DNA of 64,000 nucleotides from Octopus sinensis (Eukaryota), in the NCBI RefSeq assembly GCF_006345805.1, contig NC_043000.1, positions 85,622,001-85,686,000 of the forward strand. The letters are read 5' to 3'. The translations under genes and the position numbers were made by a program. Shown here piece by piece: positions 10,868 through 24,606 of this stretch (position 1 is the first letter of the stretch; each line of letters opens with the position of its first letter). The notes beneath the pieces were generated by a model. It had not been told where the DNA came from and made no database searches. It worked only from the letters and a program-made list of their open reading frames with translations.

Positions 10868-13800
10868 GTAAGCATTTCATTTACATTACATTATTTTCTC
10901 ATCCTTGATCCCTACTGGTTGAAATGATTTTCTTGTCATATTTCATTTTTAAAAAATAATAAATTGTGTACTTAATTCAATGTTTCAAAACAATATGTGC
11001 CTCTTTTCAAATGTGTTCTTTTACTTTTTATTTACTGTAAGAAAAAGCTAAATCCAAAAGCATGAACCCCAGAATTATAATATCAAACCTTTGATAAGGT
11101 TCACTCTGAAATTAAACAATTCAAACTATAAGAAAGGTAGAATGATAAGATGGGTAAAGAAATTTGTGTTAAAATTTGCAACATGAATTACATTAGGTAA
11201 CTTTATCAATAGCATTGGTTAATCACGTTGATTGCATTTATATTATTTGAAAGTTTTAGACAAAAATTGCAGTGACTTTCAAAATATTAGCTTTTGAACT
11301 TGTGACATCAAAAATATAATCACAGGATCACTATGCCTAGTAACTTCAATTTCAAACAAATAAAATCTAAGAAACTTACTAATTACAGAATATTTTCAAA
11401 AAAAAAAAAAGGCTTCTATTAGTTGCTGTTATTGTTGTTGTGACTGGCTATGGATTGTTACACTTAAGTGGATTCCATAATATGTGGCTGTTTTGTCCGG
11501 AGTATTAGGATCTCACTTTTAACTCTGCAAATCTGATTATTTATTTTCCAGATAGAAAATAAGAATTCAGATGAATTACTTGAAGGGATCTACATTGGCA
11601 TTTCTTAGTCAGTAATTGTTTTCTGGGCATTCACAATGTCAGTGAGATTATTTACCCATAGTTAGAAAGAAATAGAGATACATTGTCACTGCTTCTATCA
11701 TGACCAATTTCTTATGAAGAAAAAATTTCTTCATTTTAAAAATAAGTGTAAGACAGTTGGTTTATTGACAAAATTTCATCTTCTACACACTCTTATTACT
11801 AGTATCTATTCCCTGTACTGTATCAAATAGCAAAACTTACAAGCCATTCAAATAGTCAATAGTTTTCACACCTTATTTGTTCAAATTGTTAGTGTATGTC
11901 ATTGTCACCAATCTAATTTTAAGATATGAAATGGTTTCAGTGAAACATTTTCATTCCTCAGTCTTCTCTTCTTTTGTGTGAGACCTACCCAAATCCTTTG
12001 TTGAGCATTTCTCTCTCTAATATAAGTAACTGTATGCAGCTCTGCTATTACTTCCAATTACTATACTTTCATTTGAACATTTTGTAGTGCTACTTAAAGT
12101 AACAAACTAATTTCTATTTTTAGTAAGTCATCTGAGCAGATTGTAGACTTCATTTCATATTCTTATTATAAATGTGACAGGGAAGTGTCTGTAAATCAGT
12201 GCTTAAAAAACACTAATTTTTGTGTTTCCTTATGTTTAAATTTTTCATTAATAAGCATCTTTTGTAGATATTTATTAATAAAAACACACACACATGTGAC
12301 AGCCTTTTTCATAGTTTCTGCTATGAGATTCCATCCATGAGCTATTGGTCAACTGGAGGCTATGATAGAAGACACATACCCAAAGTTCTGCAAAGAGGGC
12401 TGATGGAATTTGAAACCATGTGGCTGCAAAGCAACCTTAACCACAGGGCTATGTCTACACTCATTATTATTAAGTATTCTTGAACATTTAGAACTCTAGA
12501 ATATTCAGTGCTTATTAGTCTTCTAAGAAATCTCACTGCACACTTTGTAGACTCATTGCTTATACTGAGTGCAATGAGCTAATCTTTATGTAGTACTTAG
12601 CTTGTAAGAAATAACACCCTCAAACTATAGCCTACTGTCTTACGAAAAAGGACAATCATAATGAATAATACATAGGATAGGATTCTCATAGTTGGAGTAC
12701 CTTGGATTTGCTCAATCAGGGTTCCCTAGGGATAAACAAAAACAACAGTATAGAGTTCTTATCAATGTATTTCTTATATATTAAGTAAGTCATTTCCCAA
12801 ATGGTATTGACTTTTTGTACCTTCTGTTAACTAGTACTTTGATTTTTTTCAGAACTTTGACATAATGAACTTGGCTTTTCCTCTCAGTTTAGTACATTTT
12901 CTTCAGTTGTAGTGATATATAAAGGTTACCAAAAATAGCACTAAACTCCTGTTACAGTATATCAAGAATTACAGAGAAAAATGACAGGTGCAAAGCTTTG
13001 CTGTATGCTTACCTGTTCATTAAATTTATTATTGAACCCATTGCTGGTCTCATGCATCAATCATCTGCATTTAACCTTTTTATTACTTTATCATAGATTA
13101 TCATTTGTGCACTTATCAAAATAGTGAAATGGCATTGCATACTTGATTTCACCTCCATTGCTGGAGGGTAAGTACCAGTCAAGTACTGGGGTCAATGTAA
13201 TTGACTTTCCCTCCCCTTAAAAACTGCTGGCCTTGTGTCAGAACTTGAAACCATTATCTTACTATTGGTTAATTACATCTTCAGGTATTCTGTACAGTTT
13301 TAAACTATAAAAATAACAAGAATAATTATTATTTGCTCTTTCACAATACTTCAAAAAACCTAAATATGTTCTATCTCTGTTACATACAATTTCATTATTT
13401 AAGAGAATGAATAGTTTTATCCCTCTCTGTTATCTTACTTCAGCCTGTGTAGCTCCCTCAGGGAGTAGGCTTTATTTTATTCATACTCTTTATCCTAGTG
13501 ATACAGTCATGTCTCTTTCTAAAATGAGATGCATCTCTATCATTCTTCAATAACACCATGAAATATTCAGACATTCTTATTTCATTATTTGCAACAATTC
13601 AGTTCTCTTATTCTCTCAAAGTGAACAGATGTTGGTAATCAATGGGTGTCACTATGGCTGTGTCATTAAGAAATTCACTTCATAACTGTGATTTCAGGCT
13701 TGATTCTATTGCAAAACTTCTTGTGCAAGGCTCTTCTGCCATAGCCTTAGGTTGACTGAAGTCTCTCAGGGGAAGTTTAGCAGATGGAAACTGTGGAAAT

Positions 13801-16800
13801 TTATTAGATGGGCTATGTCTGTTCTTGGAAGGTAGAGTTAATCCATTGACTAGTTTAACACTACCATCTGGTTCATGGGTGCCTTTACCAGAGTCTGTTG
13901 TGTTGCAAGTATTAGGTCAGGTCTCAGAGCAGAGAATAACCTCATCCCTTCCATCTCAGAGAACTCCAAATGAGTCATGCACATTGCTCTTCCTGCTCTC
14001 ACTTCATCTGTTCAGTGAACATCCCATTTTTCCATGCTAGCATAGGTTGATTAGGATGTATTTAGGACAGAATTTTACAGCTAGATGCATTTCCTCTTGC
14101 CAAGCCTTACCTGTTTTACAGGTAAAGAGTTTCTTATTCCATGGGCTTTCAAAAACACAATTGGTCATAATGTCAACAAAGGATGTAAACACATCACTGT
14201 CTCACCAAGTAAACTTGTGAAATGTTATCATTAATGCACATGCCACAAACTCACATACATACAAATACACATATGTAACAGGCTTCCTATAGTTTCCCCT
14301 CTATCAATTTCATTTACAAGGCATTGGTTAGCTTGAGACTCATAGAAGACACTTGCCATGCAGTGGGACTGAATCTGTAACCACATGGTTGTAAATTTCT
14401 TAACCACACAGGCCTCACTTTTTAGTTAGAACTGATTGCAAGTGTTTAGCCTAGCTTCTATATATTGTTACCAGTTGTTCACTTTTTTTCATATCTTCTA
14501 AGGTCATCTTTTCTGCTTAAGAACTCTGCAAAATTTATCTTAGCTTGCTGTTCAATTACACCTAAAAAGATTGAATTTTGATTCTATGAAAATAACCTGG
14601 AATTTCTTCCTAGTATTTGGCAATACAATTATACAATTCACTCAACTTTCTGGGACTTCAATGTTAAATACTCATGTCCATAAGTTTTCTTTTGGATTTA
14701 AATCCATTAGTTATTCTGGCCATTATGGCATTCAGATTTTCTTGCTTTTGACAAATTCTTAGACTATTCCTGTGATGTGCTTTGGATTGTTGTTACTTCT
14801 GGCAAATAAAAACCTAGTCTTCACCAAGATCTCTTCTTTTTCTGGTATATGTTGGTGTAACCATGACATTGGCACCATCATCTTAACTGTCACATTCATG
14901 TACTCTGTGTGACATCAGATGTACATTCAGCTGTCAAAATCAAAGATGTTAAATTCTGCCTCATTTAGCCAATATGATTGACATCCATTTTTATGCTCCC
15001 AAGCAATTGACAGCAAACATTTCAGTTTTTTTTTCTTTCTTTTTTCTTTATACTCAATACTTCTCACAAGCCAGAAATTGCTTTAGTCAATTTTAGCTGG
15101 AAGTAACATAACGTCAATGGTCTCACTTCCTGTTCTTCAGTTTCAAATGATAAATGCATTTTTCCATCCTTTCAATTGTTTTTCATTGCTGCTTTGAATG
15201 AGGATGGTCAGAAGAGCCAGACTTTAAACTAAGTGATGCCTTTCAGTAAACTGGACAAACTAATGTAATTGATATCACTAACCTAAACTTTTTTACATTG
15301 TTGAAAACTAAGATACAAGTTCAGAATATAACCAATTTACAGTTTATAAAAGCATATTAATCTACAAAATATGTTTAAATAGGATATGTAAGTGAAACTG
15401 TTAAAGTACATTGTTTACTTTTATTTTGATTGTAGTTGTCAAGGACGTGTTCACAAATATCGAATCCTCCCTGATTTGGATGGCAAACTTTCTGTTCAAG
15501 TAAGATTCATACTTGTTTTACATTGATTTCTAATTTTTTTAATTTATTAAAATATTAATTACTTGCCAAAAAATATTAACAAAACTTTACAGACTTATAT
15601 TGCTTGTTATATCATACTTAAACTATACATTATATATGCTGTGTGTATATAACATATATGTTAAGTTGAATTGTCTCAGTCAGCTGACTGCATTGATCAT
15701 TAGAGTATATGAAACATACTATTATGGTTTCAAAATTAATTTATATTATGTAACCTTGTACATTATTTTCTTGAAAGTATTCATGCAAATGCAACTAAAA
15801 ATAAACTGTATTTTTGTGGTAGTCTATCACTATGAAGTGATGCAGTAATTTTTTAGAAACAAAGCATTGTTCAGTTCTTATGATTATGAAGTGCTTGCCC
15901 TCAAAGATAGGCTAAAACATTCTCTATGCTGTTATTGTCATTATTGTCTGTCTTTACATTCTGAGTTCAAATTCCACCGAGGTTGACTTTGCCTTTCATC
16001 CTTTTGGGGTCAATAAATTCAGTACCAGTTGTGTACTGGGGTCGATCTAATCGACTGGCTCCCTCCCCAAAAATTTTGGGCCTTGTGCCTAGAGTAGAAA
16101 AGATTATTATTATTATCTTTATTTTTGTCATCATCATCATTATTATTATTATCTTGATTGTCCCTTGAAACCCTCCTGTAAGAGGAGGACTACATCACTA
16201 TTATGTTGTTTTTTTACCTTTGTTTACTATGTAAACTTGTTTATGGTATACCGTGTATACTTTTTTTTTTATTTTATCATTTCATTATATATTAACCCCC
16301 ACACTTTATGTCTGTTTTTGTATTGTACCTGGACTTCATCCTTTGCCCTGTTGGCAAATAAAAGAAATCATCATTATTATTATTAAGATGGCAAGCTGGC
16401 AGAATCATTAGCATGTTAGGCAAAATGTTTAGCAGCATTTTGTCTATCCGTACGTTCTGAGTTCAGATTTCACCTTGGTCAACACTGCTTTTCATCTTTT
16501 CAGGGTCAATAAAATAAGAACCAGTTGAGCACTGGGGTTGATATAATCGACTTGTCCCCCTCTCTGAAATTTGAAACCATTATTATTGTCGTTGTCATCA
16601 TCATTAAAGCAGCCAGCTAGCAGAATTGTTACCATTACTGGGTTGAAATGCTTAGCAGTATTTTGTCTGACTTTACATTCTGAGTTCAAATTCCACTGAG
16701 GTCAGCTTTGCCTTTCATCCTTTCAGGGCCAAAACAATAAGTACTAGTTGAACACCAGGGTCAATGTAATTGACTTACACTTCCCTCAAAATTTCTGGCC

Positions 16801-19800
16801 TTGTGCCAAAATTTGAAACTACCATCATTGTTACTAGCAGAACCCGTGAATATTTCATGGAATTAATAGTAAACCTATTGGGTTATTCCTGAAAACTTTA
16901 TCCAAAAAGCCTGAAAGCTTAGCCTGTGTTGTATCTGTATCAAAAAATAGTTGCTCATCTGCTATTCATTGAAAGGTGAAGGAAATTGGAATATGATCAT
17001 TAATTAATGCACTTTATGCACAATTTTATAGACTCAATACACAGCATTCATAAAGTAAATATACACTCTTATTATTCCATTTTTTCCCATAAACACAAAA
17101 AATTACATTTTAAAATTTACATGGTCATAACTTCATATCTAGAAAACAAAAAATTTATAGTTAAAAATATTATTTGATATGTAAAATATAGGAATCACAA
17201 TTTCACAGGGGTAAAAATTTAATACAACATGGCATACTCTGAAAACCATATCATTGGCAACTTATAAGCCAAGATGATGGGTCAGAACCAATACAAATTT
17301 CAATTTGCATATACCTTCCAATCCAATACTTCTTTGTGTAAGTTCTCCCTCTTATTTTCTCTTGTCTGTCAGTGTTCATAACTTTAACTCTCACATCAGA
17401 TAATTTGCGAGCCCTTGAGAATGCAACATATAGCTGAACATGGCCAAAGGCAAGAACAGCCCCACTTTATCAAATATCTACCCTTGTGATTTATTGATAG
17501 TCATTGCATATGACAGGCAAATGGTAGGGGGGTCTGGTTTCTTTCTAAAGTGAATAGCAAGTTTGGGATGTGCATGTTTTAAGCGATAAGTGATATAAAA
17601 AAATATTAACTCTCCTCTATATAACTACTTTCAACTAACTTTTTTAACCACGAAATAAATATTATGTTTCTTCTATCACATGTCAGTGACACTACTCTCC
17701 CTCTCTTCCTTTCTTTCTCTTTCTGCCTCACTCTTCACCTTATCCTCTTTTTCTTTCTCTTGTTCTCTCTTTCCCTTCAACTAATCACATGAAAGCACTA
17801 CAATTACATTCCCTCAACCTCACATCATGGATGTTTCTCTCACCCTCTTTTTTTCTCTCCCTCTTTTCTTTCTCCCTCTTTTTCTCTAATCACATGAAAG
17901 TGTTACTGACGGGCTAAGTAACATAATGACAGGCAGAATTATTATAAGATTATTATTATTATTGTCATCATCATCATTATTGTTATTAAGGTGACAAACT
18001 GGCAGAATCGTTAGTGTGCTGGGCCAATTGCTTAACAGCATTTCATCCATCTTTATGTTCTGAGTTAAAATTCTGCTGAAGTCAACTTTGCCTTTCATCT
18101 TTTCAGGGTTGATAAATTAAGTACCAGTGTAACACTCCCCCAAAATTTCAGGCATTGTGCCTACAGTAGAAAGGATTATTATTATTATCATCATCATCAT
18201 CATCATCTTGATTATCCCTAGAAGTCCTTGTATATCAAGATGACTACAACACTATCATCCTTTTTTTATTGAAAGTGGCAAGTTAGCAGAATCATTAGCA
18301 CACCATACAAAATGCTAAGCAGCATTTTGTTTGTCTTTACATTCTGAGTTCAAATTCCACCAAGATCAACATTGCTTTCACCATTTCAGGGTCAATAAAA
18401 TAAGCATCAGTTGAAAACTTGGGTCAATGTAATCGATTTAACCCCTCCCCTAAAATTGCTGGCCTTGCACCAAAATTTGAAACCTCCTTTATTGTTATTA
18501 TTATTATTATCATTGTCATCATCATCATTATTCTTATTAAGACATCCAGCTGGCAGAATCATTAGCATGTCAGCCAAAATGCTTAACAGCATCTTGTTCC
18601 TCTTTATATTCTGAGCTCAAATTCCATCAAGGTCAACTTTGTCTTTCATCCTTTTGTGGTCAATAAAATAAGAACCAGTTGAGCACTGGGGTTGATGTAA
18701 TTGACTTGCCTCCTCTCAACAAAATTGCTGGCCTTATGCCAAAATTTGAAACCATTACTATTGTCATCATTATTATTAAGGTGGCCAGTTGACAGAATCA
18801 TTAGCATGCTAGGCAAAATGCTTAGCGGTATTCTGTCTGTCTTTATGTTCTGAGTCCAAATTCCACCGAGGCCAACTTTGCCTTTCATCCTTTTGGGGTC
18901 AATAAAACCAGTACCAGTTGAACACTGCGGTCAATGTAATCAACTTGCCCCTTCCTTAAAATTTCTGGCTTTGTGCCAAAATTTGAAAGCAGTGTTTTTA
19001 TTATCACTGTCATTACCATCATCAGCAGTAGCATGATTAAGGCGGTGAGCTAGCAGAATTGTTAGCATACTGGGCAAAATGCTTAGCAGTATTTCATCCA
19101 TCTTTACATTCAGAGCTCAAATTTTGCCAAGGTCGACTTTGCCTTTCAGTGTCAATAAAATAAGTTCCAGTTAAGTACTAGGATCGATTTAATCAACTTA
19201 CCAACTCCCTTCAAATCACTGGTCTTGTGCTAAAATTTGAAACCAATATTATTGTTGTTATTATGAGTTCAAATTCTGCCATAGTCGACTTTACCTTTCA
19301 TCCTCTTGGGGTTGATAAAATAAGTGCAAGTTAAACACTGGGGTCAGTGTAATCGATTTAACTCCTCAGCCAAAATTGCTGCCTTGTACCAAAATTTGAA
19401 ACCATTATTATTATCATTATTATTATTATTGAGTTCAAATTGTCATCATCATTATAATCATTATTATTAACGCAACCAGCTGGTAGAATCATTAGCACAC
19501 CAGGCAAAATGCTTAGCAACATTTCGTCTGTCCTTCTGATTTCAAATTCCTTTCATCCTTTCAGGGTCAGTAAACTAAGTACCAATTATGCACTAGGGTT
19601 GATGTAACCGACTTACTCTCCCCGAAAATTGCTGGTCTTGAACCAAAATTGGAAATCATTATTTTAACATTATTATTATTATTATTAAGCTTTGATGTAA
19701 AACACACAGGAACTAAAAGTTGCTAATGAGAGATTCTACGTATTTAATTGGAGCTGAGCTTAATCAGTTTCTAAATTACCCTTAATCTCTTTAGCAATAA

Positions 19801-22800
19801 GACTCAATAGAAAGTTTATTTTTAAATATAATTTGAGAAATATTAGCATGTGTAAGTACCAAGTGGTATTAATGAAATCTTGATATTTTCTTGCTACCCA
19901 TTTCTATAGATTAATTTCAATTTTGTTAAATGTCTACCATTTTAATATTTTTACAGTCAGAAAACAGTTTGCTGGAGCCTAGATTCGTGGATTTATCCCA
20001 CCTAGTTCAAGAATATATGAAACGAGGGGATAAAAATGGTCTTGTATGTGCTATGAAAAAAATTGTGGCAGTAGAGCGTTCAGAAAAACTTGATGAACCT
20101 GATTCAGGTAAAGTTTTATTAATTTAAACAAATTTAGTAAATATTTAACCTATATTAAATTTAGGATGAGTTACTTAACAGTACAAATTTTAGAATTTTA
20201 TAAATTTTAATGTCTATACAAAGTATTGGGTGTTTTCACAAAGTCTTGTTGAATATTTAGATTAGAAATCTAATACTGCTACTTTTGTTTAAAGCGTGGC
20301 TTCAAAAAATTCATTAGCTAATATTTATTTCTCCTGGTAAATTTAGTGAAATCAGGAAAAGTTTAATACTTCTACCTGTAAGTTACCTTCCTTCTAATCT
20401 TCATGAAATTTACCAGGACAAAAAAAAATTTTTAAACCATGAACAAATGTCTTTTCTGAAACCCTACTCTAAAAAATAGTAGCAGCATTAGGTGTCTAAT
20501 CTAAAAATTCAACAGGACTTTGTGAAAATGCCCAATAGTCTGAATTAATATTAAAATAAATTTATGAAGTACTAAAGGTTTGCATTTTAAGCAACTCTTG
20601 CTTTGTCTACTTCTAGCTAAAACCCTTGTCTTTTTCCAAAGGGGAAATATATAGCTCCAGACTAAAAGATATTACATTATTACTTTAGACTTGTCTACTG
20701 AGGCAAAATAACAGTCCTATTAAACACAGTATCAAAACTGCAAAAAGTAAAGAGAAAATAAAAAAATTAAAGCCCACCAACATTACCTCTACCCTTTTAT
20801 TTTTACAATGTTTTATACATTTATTTCTATTTATGCATATCTCAGCCATCAAAAATAGAAATTTTAATTCCTAATTTTATCTTAAAATTTTCCTCAGTAT
20901 TAATCATTGTTAAAATTTCATATCCATGAAGGTTTTTTATTTGGAACTGTGAAATGAAAATTATTAAAGGAGTAGCAAATCTTTGTGGATCTTGTACAAA
21001 TATCTACTAGTTTAAATACATTATATAAACTCCATTTTCAGATGATGATGATTTTGAAGCCAATGCAGCAGATCCCAGTGCACGGCATAATACTGTCAGT
21101 ACTCTTCGAATGCAATTCTTAAAGAATTTTGCCAGATTAGATTTGTCCAAGTAAGTGGGTTTTATTTACTTTAATTGATCCCTGATGAGTGTATAATATC
21201 AGTTTTTGAGAAGAACAAAACAAAACTGAGAGATTGTGGGGTTTTGCCAACAGTATTAGCTGCACAAGATAATTTGTATCAGTCAAGTATCAAAACTAGA
21301 TCATGGCCTTAAATCAGTAGGTAACAGCAGTTATCTAATAAGTGATCTGAAAGTGATATTGATTAGATAATGTCAATCTTTGTAAGAAACTGTCTAGAAA
21401 CCATAAATACATATTAAGTATATTATACAAACACCATATTGAGTAAGGTATGTCATTCTATGTGGTGGTATTGTAACATGAGAGCAGAGGCATGAGAAAA
21501 ATGAGTTGAGTGATCCATTGGATATGTTACATAAACTTATATTAAGAGAAGTGGAGCACAAGTGAACTGAGAGTGGCTGGACATTAATGGCATTGGTTGA
21601 TGTGTTCTGTGCTTTATAGATATTTTATACAATTAGGCAATGACTTTTGAAGGAAGAAGTGCTTTCTGTTGAATGGAAGACCTCATAGTAGAAGACATGA
21701 GGAGAAATGGCAAGGGCAGATCTTATGATGTTAGTAACTTAGAGATAAGATGTCACTGTATTACACATCCAGTTCTCTCTCTCACACACATCACACACAT
21801 CCATCTCCTACAAAAGCAGAAAGAATATTTTATTATGTACAGTATCAGTTTTTTACATTCTACACATAAACTTGAAGGGCATATGTGCTATTATTTCTTA
21901 TTAGTGAGGATAACTGTCTCTATTATCAGTAACCAAGATATCCACCTTTCTAACTAGTGGCTGTAATAGGGTCACTGTTGTCACATTTTGCAACTTACAT
22001 ACATGCATACTCTACAAAATTAATAGCTTTGCAAGAGATTTGGTAGTATGAGATTACTCTAGGAAGACTCAGTGATATCATACATTGCTTACAAGATAAA
22101 GGAGTTGGAATGGTTGTATGTCATGAGTTATACTGATGTAGGAAGATATTGATATTCATCCATCTTAAACTCATCTAGTTTTTGTTTTTCTATAAAATAT
22201 ATGTTTTGAAAAGTTTAGGTAATAATTTGTCATCAAATTTCATAATAGTTATGTATATGCTTAAGGCTTGAAAACCTGAAGTTAACAGTGAATCAGTTTT
22301 GATTGGAATTATTATATAAACCAAAGGGACTGTGTGATTTTGATAGTGATTCTTTAAAAGTATATATAACAGTTATGTGTATATTTATATAATTTGTGTC
22401 TTTTCTTCCTTTATCAGAACTGAAGGTGAATTTATGACCATTCTCAAGCAATACATTGATGAAGGTCAAGATGAAGACCTTGTTTCAATGAAAGCTGGAA
22501 ACACCAAATTACCTGGTCTTCAGAAACTGCTATGGACTATAGCTAAGCCCTTAGTCAAGTAAGACATTGTTTATCTATTTAAGTAAAATAATTATCTAAT
22601 TTATCTTGATTCATTATCTTTTAACGTCTGTCTTCCATGCTGGTATAGGTTAGATGGTTTGAGAGAATCTTGCAGGTCAGAGGACTGCATTGTGCTCTAA
22701 TGACTGCTATGGTACATTTAAATTGTTTTGAATTTTGTTCTTTGTAAGATATTTAACATATCAAAAATGGTGAATCATACAACCTAGTTTTAGAACAATT

Positions 22801-24003
22801 GAATTAACACAGTTGGTAAAGATAGACTGAATGCTTTAATGCCTGAAACTTCTCAATTAGTATTCTACAATGTTTTGCCTTGCCATTTATCTTCTTTACA
22901 GAATTCCCCATTTACCTAATAGAAAGATTGCTTAATGTTTGTATTTGTTAGTTTTATTAGTAATTTAGTAGAATTTGTAAAATGTTGTATTTTCTAGCAG
23001 CTGATTAGAGATGTTACATTATTTTAGCTTACCTTTATTGTCTCATTAATCTTGTGTCATAAAAATAGTCTCAGTAACATGCCTCAGACAAGAAACAATG
23101 AATTTAATGATAGAAATAAAATATAATAGCTATCATTAAAACTTATAGCTGAAAAAAAAAATTATCTTCAACTTTCACCTTAAGTTTAGGTTAATATTGA
23201 ATCACTGATAGATTTAGTTTTTTGAATAATTGCAATTTACATTTGAAAGCTAAGAGGAACAAAATAGATTATGTATGTCATTTGAGAAATAGATATATTT
23301 GAAGGTGTGACCACAAACAAAACACAGAGTTTTGTATTTCACCTAATTATTCACAGTATTTCTCAATTATTTTTCTTGAAGCATTAGGTTTCAGTATTGA
23401 GTTCAGTTTAGCTTGTAAGTCTGCAGATGACACTTCAATATTCAGACTCAGTAAGGTGGCGAGCTGGCAAAATCATTAGAATGCTGAGCAAAATGTTTAG
23501 CGGTATTTGACTCTTTACATTCTAATTTCCAAATTCCACCTAGGTTGACTTTGCCTTTCATCCTTTCTGGGTCGATAAAATAAGTACTAGTTGAGCACAG
23601 GGATCAATGTAATTGACTTACCCACTCCCCTGAAATTGCTGACCTTGTGACAAAATTGGAAAGCAATATTCAGTCTTAAGTTAAATGTGTCAAATTATCT
23701 TGACATGCCTTGCCATTTGATCCAGACTGCTTCTACTTTAGGTAGCTGTCTACATTGCAGATGATGTATGATATGAAACAGTCATCTCCATACTAAACTC
23801 ACCAAAGTTATTTTATACACAAAGATCTGCCACTAGTTAGCAATCTTCCTTGGCCATAGTGGATATCACCAGTCAACATCACTTAACATCTGGCTTGTAT
23901 GCTCCACGTATGAGCATCTTCTATGCTCCATATTTGTGTGTGTGTGTGTGTATAGACACATAAATACACGCACGTACACACACACCCATACATACATATA
24001 TAT

Positions 24004-24042
<39 letters not shown>

Positions 24043-24356
24043 GGCACATGGCTTAATGGTTAGGGTATTCAGCTCGCAATCTAGAGTCATGTGTTTGATT
24101 CCCAGTGGCATATTGTGTCCTTGAGCAAGACGCTTTATTTTCATGTTGCTTCAGTTCACTCACCTGGCAAAACTGAGAAGTACTTACATTTCAAGGGGCC
24201 AGCCCTGTCACACTCTGAGGAGTATATGAAGGGGTACATGTGTCTGTGGAGTGCTCAGCCACTTGCATGTTAATCTCACGAGCAAGCTGTTCCATTGATC
24301 GGTTCAACTGGAACCCTTGTTGTTGTAGGCAACAGAGTGCCAGTTTTATATATATA

Positions 24357-24398
<42 letters not shown>

Positions 24399-24545
24399 GA
24401 TCTAACATCTGATGGTTTCTTTTATTTTTAGAGAGTTCGACAATTTCTTATTGAAAATGGGTTTAGTTAGAGATCTCTTCAGTGACGTACCCAAGGAACA
24501 GAAATGGAAAGAGTTGGAGGCCGAGGTATTTTTCTCTTGCAGTTA

Positions 24546-24606
<61 letters not shown>

